The notes beneath the pieces were generated by a model. It had not been told where the DNA came from and searched no databases. It worked only from the letters and a program-made list of their open reading frames with translations. Positions 27,790-33,520 of a stretch of 33,520 bases of DNA are shown one piece after another. The translations under genes were made by a program, and so were the position numbers. Each line of letters begins with the position of its first letter. The stretch's first letter is position 1. The stretch is from positions 1 through 33,520 of the forward strand of contig CAVOGR010000013.1 in the NCBI GenBank assembly GCA_963695555.1, written 5' to 3'. Source of the DNA: an uncultured Gemmatimonadales bacterium. Its GTDB lineage: Bacteria; Gemmatimonadota; Gemmatimonadetes; Gemmatimonadales; GWC2-71-9.

Positions 27790-29026
27790 GATCGTGTTCC
27801 TCTGCCGGCCGGGATGGGGCAGGGGCATCCGGTGCCACGTCGATCGCGCCGTGCTGCATTCCGGGCATGCTGCCGCCGGTCGACCCAAGCCTCGACTCCG
27901 CGTCGACCAGGAAATTGGCCGAGGCCACGATCTCCTCGCCCTTACTCAATCCAGCGAGGATCACGACCCGATCGCCGGCGCGGGCACCCAGGACGACATC
28001 GCGGGGGCCCAGCATCCCGGCCGTGTCCCGCACGAACACGAGATTCCGCTCGCCGGTGACGATCACGGCCTCCATGGGCACGGTGAGCAAATTGTCTCCC
28101 ACCGTGACGTCGAAGTAGATGGTGGCGAACATCCCGGGCTTGAGCCGAAGGTCCCGATTGCTGACGGTAACCCGTACCCGGTTGGTTCGGCTGGGCTGGT
28201 CGATAGTGGGATAGACGAAGCTCACCTTGCCCATCAGGTGCTCACCCGGATAGGCCGCCACCTCGATGTGGGCCTGTGCGCCAACGCGTACAAACTGGAT
28301 GTCCTGCTCGAAGAGGTCTCCTTCGACCCAGACGCTGGACAGATCGGCCATGCGGTAGAGCAGCATGCCAGGCATCACCTGCTGACCCTCGATGACGAGT
28401 TTCTCCAAGACGATTCCCGTCACAGGGGCAACCAGCGTGAGCGTCTTGGTGACCTCACCGGTCTCCTCGATGCGCGCGATCTGCTCCGCCGTGATATCCC
28501 AATACGCCAATCGGCGGCGCGCCGCTTCGAGCATGGCCCGGGCACTCCGCCACGCTTCGGGCGCGGTCGAATCGACCCGATCCGCCAGGCGCCGGGCGGT
28601 CAGCAGCTCCTCTTGCGCCGCAACCAGTTGCGGGCTGTACAAGGAGAGGACCGGCTGGCCCCGTCGCACGGATTCTCCGCTGCTTGCGACGAACAGCTGC
28701 TCGACGAAGCCTTCGATCTTGGGGGTAATGTTGGCGAGGTTGGGCTCCGGTGCCTTGACCTCGCCCACGGTTCGGATGGTCCGGGTGAGCGTTTCCGTCC
28801 GCGCGGTGGTGTACGCCACCCCGAGTGCCCGCTCTTGTTCTTTCGTGAGATGAACCGTTTGCCGCACCAGGGCGCCGGTCGTATCGATAGCGCCTTGGGT
28901 CCCTCCCGCCAGCATCTGGGCATGTTCTTCAGCGGTCATCTCCGGCATGGGCGATTCGTCGCCTTTGGTGCTGCACGAACTGACCGCCACCATGCCCCCG
29001 AGCACCACTATCCACGCGCGTCTCAT
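27782..29026 (-). CDS. cusB: CusB-type RND periplasmic adaptor (membrane fusion protein)
   Basis: YSPQLVAAQEE, ADLSSVWV, LKPGMFA, FLVDAES. Met/His-rich termini (MPEMTAEEHAQM; SMPGMQH; EEHDHD). Confidence 0.92.
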   Translation of the reverse strand: MRRAWIVVLGGMVAVSSCSTKGDESPMPEMTAEEHAQMLAGGTQGAIDTTGALVRQTVHLTKEQERALGVAYTTARTETLTRTIRTVGEVKAPEPNLANITPKIEGFVEQLFVASSGESVRRGQPVLSLYSPQLVAAQEELLTARRLADRVDSTAPEAWRSARAMLEAARRRLAYWDITAEQIARIEETGEVTKTLTLVAPVTGIVLEKLVIEGQQVMPGMLLYRMADLSSVWVEGDLFEQDIQFVRVGAQAHIEVAAYPGEHLMGKVSFVYPTIDQPSRTNRVRVTVSNRDLRLKPGMFATIYFDVTVGDNLLTVPMEAVIVTGERNLVFVRDTAGMLGPRDVVLGARAGDRVVILAGLSKGEEIVASANFLVDAESRLGSTGGSMPGMQHGAIDVAPDAPAPSRPAEEHDHD

Positions 29027-30300
29027 TGGGCACCTCCGAGTTCAACGCCCATCAAGGCTTCCATCCCGGCGATCGCCTGGTGGAACTTGGCCACCAGGCG
29101 AATGGACTCGATAGCATATCGATTCACGGTCATTTCACTCTCCACCAGAGTCATGTAGTCCACGTCGCCCACCCGGTACGCCGAGAGGGCCGACTCCACC
29201 GAGGCGCGGGCCTGCGGCACGATGGACGTCGCGTAGAGTTGGGACAGGCGCCGGGATCGGTCGGCATCCGCGCGCTGCTCGGCCAGTTGCGCGAATGTCT
29301 CGTTGTAGAGATCCAGCGCCATCGCTTCCTGGCTGGCCCGCATCGCCTCCATTTCGCGGCGGAGCGGCAGCTGCCGCGAGCCGGCGAAGAGCGGGATACT
29401 CACCCCCACCATGAACGTGGTCATGTCATCGAATTGCGGCCGCTCGCCGTACGCCACCCCGACCATGATGTCCGGGTACAGGTCCCGTCGGGCACGGCGG
29501 TACCCGGCATCAGCCGCCATCACCCGGGCTTGGGCTGCCGCCAGCGCGGGCCGGCTCACAGCGGCCATGGCCATGAGGGAATCCACGCCGGGCACCTCAC
29601 GCTCTGGGCCCGGGAGTTCGAGCCCGCCCACCGGGTCCGTCGCGCCGCGCCCGAGAAGGGCGTTGAGCCTGGCACTCATGGCCAGCCGCTCCTGTTCCAT
29701 CACGGTGATGTCTTCAGACATGGAGGCAACCGCGACTTGGGCCTGCAGTACGTCTTGCTGCCGGCCGGCGCCGACGGCGTACATCGTGGACGAGATGCGC
29801 AGGAAATCCCTGAGCAATTCCCGTGTGTCGTTCATGATGACGAGGGCGCGGTCCATGTAGGCCAGCTGGTAGTACACCGACTTGAGGCGGGCCACGAGGG
29901 CGACTTCGGCTTCGACCGCGTCCAACCGTTCGGCCTCGGCCAGGTGCTGCTCTCGTTCCTTGGCAAACCCCAGCTTGCCGGGCCAGGGCACCATTTGGGT
30001 GAGCTGCACCTGGTTCATGGTCATGGGTTCGCTGGTCCCGAAATCACCGAGCGGCCGGTTCATGAGAGCGAAGGACAGCCCTGGATCCGGCAGGGTGCCA
30101 GCCGGACGGATCCGTTCCTGGGCAGCATCGGCGCTCAGCCTCGCGGCATGCAGAGCCGGATTGCCGGCACGGGCAATTGCGAGTGCGACAGCCAGTGTCA
30201 GCGTGTCAGGTGGAGCGAGCCCTGCCTGCGCCCGCGAAGAGCCCGGCGCCAGTAGAGCGCCAAGGACGACCGCACCTGCGGCCGCGTAGTTGATGGACAT
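29023..30300 (-). CDS. TolC-family outer membrane efflux protein (CusC-equivalent)
   Basis: Signal peptide, NP.L.AA, LPDP, Q..PWPGK, SIPLF, Y..G..D motifs. Coupled to cusB by an ATGA overlap. Confidence 0.9.
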   Translation of the reverse strand: MSINYAAAGAVVLGALLAPGSSRAQAGLAPPDTLTLAVALAIARAGNPALHAARLSADAAQERIRPAGTLPDPGLSFALMNRPLGDFGTSEPMTMNQVQLTQMVPWPGKLGFAKEREQHLAEAERLDAVEAEVALVARLKSVYYQLAYMDRALVIMNDTRELLRDFLRISSTMYAVGAGRQQDVLQAQVAVASMSEDITVMEQERLAMSARLNALLGRGATDPVGGLELPGPEREVPGVDSLMAMAAVSRPALAAAQARVMAADAGYRRARRDLYPDIMVGVAYGERPQFDDMTTFMVGVSIPLFAGSRQLPLRREMEAMRASQEAMALDLYNETFAQLAEQRADADRSRRLSQLYATSIVPQARASVESALSAYRVGDVDYMTLVESEMTVNRYAIESIRLVAKFHQAIAGMEALMGVELGGAQ

Positions 30301-30306
30301 GATCGA

Positions 30307-30354
30307 GCCTCTTAGTCGAAGTAACTGCCGATCCTACGAATGCGACTAAGCGGC
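30307..30354 (-). promoter_or_regulatory. Stem-loop sequestering the Shine-Dalgarno of the TolC gene
   Basis: The mRNA reads UAG-GCCgCUUAGUCG...CGACUAAGaGGC-UCGAUC-AUG. The 3' arm contains AAGAGG, 7 nt upstream of the AUG at 30300. Confidence 0.75.
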
Positions 30355-30746
30355 CTACTCTGGAGGAGGTGTGGGAGGCGGTAGAGTGGTTGAGACCAAC
30401 TCCTCATGCCGAGGGCATGGAGGAGCGGTATAGGTAGGGACGGCGATGAGGAGCACCAGCGCGCGGGGCACGTCTGAGGCGATGTGAGGCGAACATACGG
30501 CGCTCAGCCGGACAGTGCTGCTGCAGGGCACTCGGGGCACTCTTCCGCATCGGCATGGAGCGTGCCGGCCAACACCGGTGCCGCCGAGAGGACGGCCGAC
30601 GGCGCCGCGAGCACGCCGGCCTCGTGGGAACACGAGACGTTGCCGTTCGCCTCCGTCGGGACCAGGAGGAGCACCAAGAGGGCAGCGAGTACCGTCACGC
30701 CGACCGGAACCTTGGCCTCAACTCGTTCCCACCACATGCCATGCAT
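30355..30746 (-). CDS. CutF/CruR (DUF2946)-like upstream leader ORF, interrupted by one apparent frameshift near 30505-30527
   Basis: Frame 1 gives MHGMWW...VLAALLVLLLVPTEANG (signal-like)...HADAEECPECP. Frame 2 continues ...SAVCSPH...LPPPTPPPE-stop. Joined length is about 130 aa. Confidence 0.6.
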
Positions 30747-30758
30747 GTGGGAAATATA
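30732..30758 (-). promoter_or_regulatory. Putative -10 box (TATATT) 6 nt before the leader ATG, with an 8-3-8 palindrome over the start
   Basis: Minus strand reads TATATT(30758-30753)-tcccac-ATG(30746). ccacatgc-cat-gcatgtgg lies at 30732-30750. Confidence 0.5.
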
Positions 30759-30801
30759 CCGAGGCGGGTGGCGTATCCCTACATGAGGTACCGGGATTAA
30801 G

Positions 30802-30830
30802 CATGAAGATTTCTTCATGAAGGCTTCCTG
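30802..30830. promoter_or_regulatory. Candidate regulator binding site between the divergent cus and feo units
   Basis: Perfect 8-2-8 palindrome CATGAAGA-TT-TCTTCATG (30802-30819), plus the 11-bp-period repeat CTTCATG/CTTCCTG (30813/30824). Confidence 0.55.
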
Positions 30831-30953
30831 GTGTAATTTCACCTGTCCGGCGTCATTTAGGGCTACGGATGAAGCGAACGGCTCACTTCACTAGGTTTAC
30901 CGCCGAGGCCCGATGCCAGAAACCACACCCCGTGCCGGAGCCGCCCAGGCCCC

Positions 30954-32961
30954 ATGAAGTCCAAGACGCCAAGCTGCCATTCCACGGGCCTGCCTGAAGA
31001 GGAAGCCTCGCCGCCCGAGGCGGGGGAGGGTGCCCGCGCGGCTACCATCCTGGTTGGCAACCCGAACGTCGGCAAGAGCGTCCTCTTCAAGAACCTGACC
31101 CATCGCTACGTCACGGTCTCCAATTTCCCAGGCACGACGGTCGAGATGTTTCGCGCCCGGGCCAGTTTCAACGGCCGGGACGTCGAGGTCATCGACACCC
31201 CGGGCATCAACGACCTCACGCCCTCGAGCGAGGATGCGCGGGTCACCCGGGCGCTGCTCGAGCCAGCACGCGATCGCGACCCTGGTCCAGGTGGCCGACG
31301 CCAAGAACCTGCGGCGCGCCCTGCTGCTGACGCTCGCAGCTGGCCGAGCTCGGCCGCCCGATGGTGCTGGTGCTCAACATGGTCGGACGAGCTGGAGGAG
31401 CGCGGCGGCATGATCGACACCGACCGCCTGAGCGACATTCTCGGCGTGCCGGTCGTCACCACCGTGGCCATCCGGAACGAAGGCACCGATCGACTGATCG
31501 AGGCGCTGGCCCAGGCACGCCCGCCGCGGCTGGATGGTCCGCCGCTGCCCGAGGCCCGACGAACGACTACGGAGGCAACACGCCAGCGAGTGGCCCGAGC
31601 CAACGAGATCCTCGCCGAGACCTACTCCATTTCCCAGCCGGCCAATCCGTCGCTCCGGGTGCGGCTCGGCTTCTGGGCCATGCACCCGGTCCAGGGGCTG
31701 GCGTTCATGGCGGTGGTGACGCTCGCGGTGTTCTGGTTCGTCGGGCTGTTCGGGGCCGGGACCCTGGTGGACGTGCTCGAGGTCGGCGTGTTCGAGCAGC
31801 GGCTGAGCCCGCTGGCCATCCGCGTCGTCGACGCGGTCCTGCCGTTCCCCCACGTCCACGAGACGGGGCTGATCTCCCACGCGCTTGCGCCTGCCACTCA
31901 CGCCGGCCCACGAGGTCGGAGTCGCCACGCTGTCCAAGACCACTGATCACTACCGGCCTACTCCCTGAGTCCCGGCACGCAGCCCTGAGCACCGTCGCAG
32001 TCCGTCCTGCGGTTCCTGCACGACTTCCTCGTCGGACCGTACGGCGCCATCACCATGGCGCTGAGCTACGCGCTCGCCATCGTGCTGCCGATCGTCACGA
32101 CGTTCTTCCTCGTCTTCAGCATCCTGGAGGACTCCGGCTACTTGCCCGCGCATGGCGATCATGGTCAACCGGGTCGTTCCGCGTCATGGGGCTCAACGGC
32201 AAGGCGGTGCTGCCGATGATCCTCGGCCTCGGCTGCGACACCATGGCCACGATGACCACCCGGATCCTCGAGACCCGCAAGGAGCGCATCGTCACCACCC
32301 TGCTGCTGGCGCTCGCGGTGCCCTGCTCGGCCCAGCTCGGCGTGCTGCTGGCGATGATGGCGACGCTCTCGCCCGCCGCGGTGCCTTGGTCTGGCTGGGC
32401 ATCATGGTGGGCGTGATCTTCATGGTGGGCTGGCTCACGGCGCGGGTCTTCGGCGGCGAGGCCAGCGACTTCATCCTGGAGATCCCGCCGATGCGGCGGC
32501 CGCAGCTGGCCAACGTGCTGGTCAAGACCGCGGGCCGGCTCAAGTGGTATCTCCGGGAGGTCATCCCGCTGTTCGTGCTCGGCACCGCGGTCCTGTTCCT
32601 GCTCGACAAGCTCGCACCTGCTCGGGTTGATCTGGCCCGGCTCGGCGAGCCGCTGGTGACCGGCTGGCTCGGGCTGCCGAAGGAGATGGCCAACGCCTTT
32701 CTCATCGGCTTCATGCGCCGGGACTTCGGCGCGGTCTACCTGCTCGACGCGGCCACCGGGCCCGACCCGGTGCTCGAACGCCGTCCAGATCCTGGTGGCG
32801 ATGGTCACGATCACGCTGTTCATGCCGTGCATCGCCAACTTCCTGATGATCGCCAAGGAGCACGGCATGAAGGTCGCCTCGGCATGGCGGCCTTCATCTT
32901 CCCGTTCGCCTTCCTGGTGGGCGGGCTCGTACACTTCGCGGCGATATGGCTGTTTACCTGA
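30954..32961 (+). pseudogene. feoB: Ferrous iron transporter FeoB, broken by many single-base indels (probably sequencing error rather than true decay)
   Basis: G1 GNPNVGKS, G2 NFPGTTVE, G3 DTPG, G4 NMxDE, LEDSGYLPR, GLNGKAVLPMILGLGC, VPCSAQ, FILEIPP, TLFMPCIA, spread over several frames. Confidence 0.9.
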
Positions 32962-33389
32962 CCTGCCCGTTCTGCGGCTTCGAGTTCGACAAGACGGACA
33001 CGCTCTGTGCCCATGGGTGTCCGCTCGGCGCCTTGTGCACCTTGATCCGCTGCCCGAGCTGCGACTATGAGTTTCCGGAGACGCCCAAGGTGGTCTCCTG
33101 GGTGGGCCGGTTGTTCCGCCGCCGCTCCGCCGCCGAGGCGCCGCTGCCCGAGGGTATCCGGCTCCTGTCGGAGGCCAAGCGCGGCGAGCGGGTGGAGGTG
33201 ATGTGCCTAGGCTCGACCACGTCGCCCAGGCACCAGCGTCTGGCGGTCTTCGGCATGGTGCCCGGCGCCCGGATCACGGTGATCCAGCAACGTCCGGCCT
33301 GCGTGGTAAAGGTGGACGAGACCGAGCTGGCGCTCGATCCGGAGATCGCCCGGGACATCCTGGTGCATCCGGCCGCGGAGGCCGCCTGA
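32946..33389 (+). CDS. feoA: FeoA-domain protein with N-terminal Cys-rich metal-binding domain
   Basis: N-terminus CPFC-x10-CAHGC-x5-C-x4-CPSC. C-terminus is the FeoA SH3-like fold (RLAVFGMVPGARITV...ELALD.EIA..I.V). Overlaps the feoB stop. Confidence 0.85.
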   Translation: MAVYLTCPFCGFEFDKTDTLCAHGCPLGALCTLIRCPSCDYEFPETPKVVSWVGRLFRRRSAAEAPLPEGIRLLSEAKRGERVEVMCLGSTTSPRHQRLAVFGMVPGARITVIQQRPACVVKVDETELALDPEIARDILVHPAAEAA

Positions 33390-33410
33390 CGCGGGGCGCT
33401 AATGGATCCA

Positions 33411-33452
33411 GACGCACGAAGGGCCCGGCCGTAGCCGGGCCCTTCGTGTGTC
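33411..33452. terminator. Bidirectional hairpin terminator
   Basis: gacgcacgaagggcccggc-cgta-gccgggcccttcgtgtgtc forms a 19-bp stem between convergent genes. Confidence 0.8.
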
Positions 33453-33467
33453 GGTGAAGGTGAGGGA

Positions 33468-33520
33468 CTAGAACACGTACTTGATACCCGTCTGGAGCTG
33501 CCGGGGTGTGCGGCGGTGAT
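33468..33520 (-). CDS. 3' end of a probable TonB-dependent receptor / outer membrane beta-barrel (partial)
   Basis: Minus strand reads ...HRRTPRQLQTGIKYVF-stop, matching the PR.lQ.G.KY.F terminal beta-strand pattern. Confidence 0.6.
   Translation of the reverse strand, partial: HRRTPRQLQTGIKYVF

Noticed and set aside
27790..27888. 33-aa N-terminal extension of CusA in the ORF track (likewise the extensions for lpxC, lpxA, uvrC, larC and the lipoprotein)
   Set aside because: Most of these extensions overlap upstream genes. Downstream starts with an RBS or stop-start overlap fit the family N-termini better.
24616..28059. 1147-aa plus-strand ORF, and other long antisense ORFs such as 331-2160, 8191-10650 and 19819-21240
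   Set aside because: These are shadow frames opposite well-supported genes, expected from high-GC codon bias. They have no recognisable motifs.
30773..30791. GTATCCCTACATGAGGTAC loosely resembles a CsoR-type operator
   Set aside because: Symmetry is imperfect, the spacing does not fit well, and there is no csoR in the window.
30856..30905. TTAGGGCTAC and CTAGGTTTAC upstream of feoB as possible DtxR/MntR half-sites
   Set aside because: Neither has a matching inverted half-site, so the signal is too weak to call.

Overview
This is a high-GC bacterial chromosomal window, probably Gemmatimonadota. That assignment is inferred from the gene order bamA-skp-lpxD-lpxC/fabZ fusion-lpxA-oxidoreductase-lpxB and the presence of bshC. 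Bases 1-357 are compositionally foreign (169 G+C in the first 360 nt, about 47%) and are joined directly to an N-terminally truncated bamA. From 358 to 21153 there is a co-directional housekeeping run: OM biogenesis and lipid A genes (including GnnA-like and DUF374/LpxJ-like genes), gdhA, rlmH, a SAM methyltransferase coupled to bshC, murJ, uvrC, a threonine synthase-like gene, larC and a secreted TPR protein. tRNA-Gly(CCC) follows. Downstream is an accessory, metal-oriented region: a GT-C-like membrane protein, a sigma54/IHF-driven acidic lipoprotein, an internally deleted CopB-type ATPase remnant, cusCBA-type Cu/Ag RND efflux genes, a frameshift-riddled feoB, a Cys-rich-domain/FeoA fusion and the 3' end of a TonB-dependent receptor. 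The most interesting element is a candidate metal-sensing translational attenuator in front of cusCBA. It is a roughly 130-codon upstream ORF (signal peptide, CPEC motif, C-terminal PPPTPPPE) whose stop codon is followed immediately by a hairpin that hides the Shine-Dalgarno of the TolC gene, the same architecture as CutF/CruR. The ORF needs one frameshift to be continuous.
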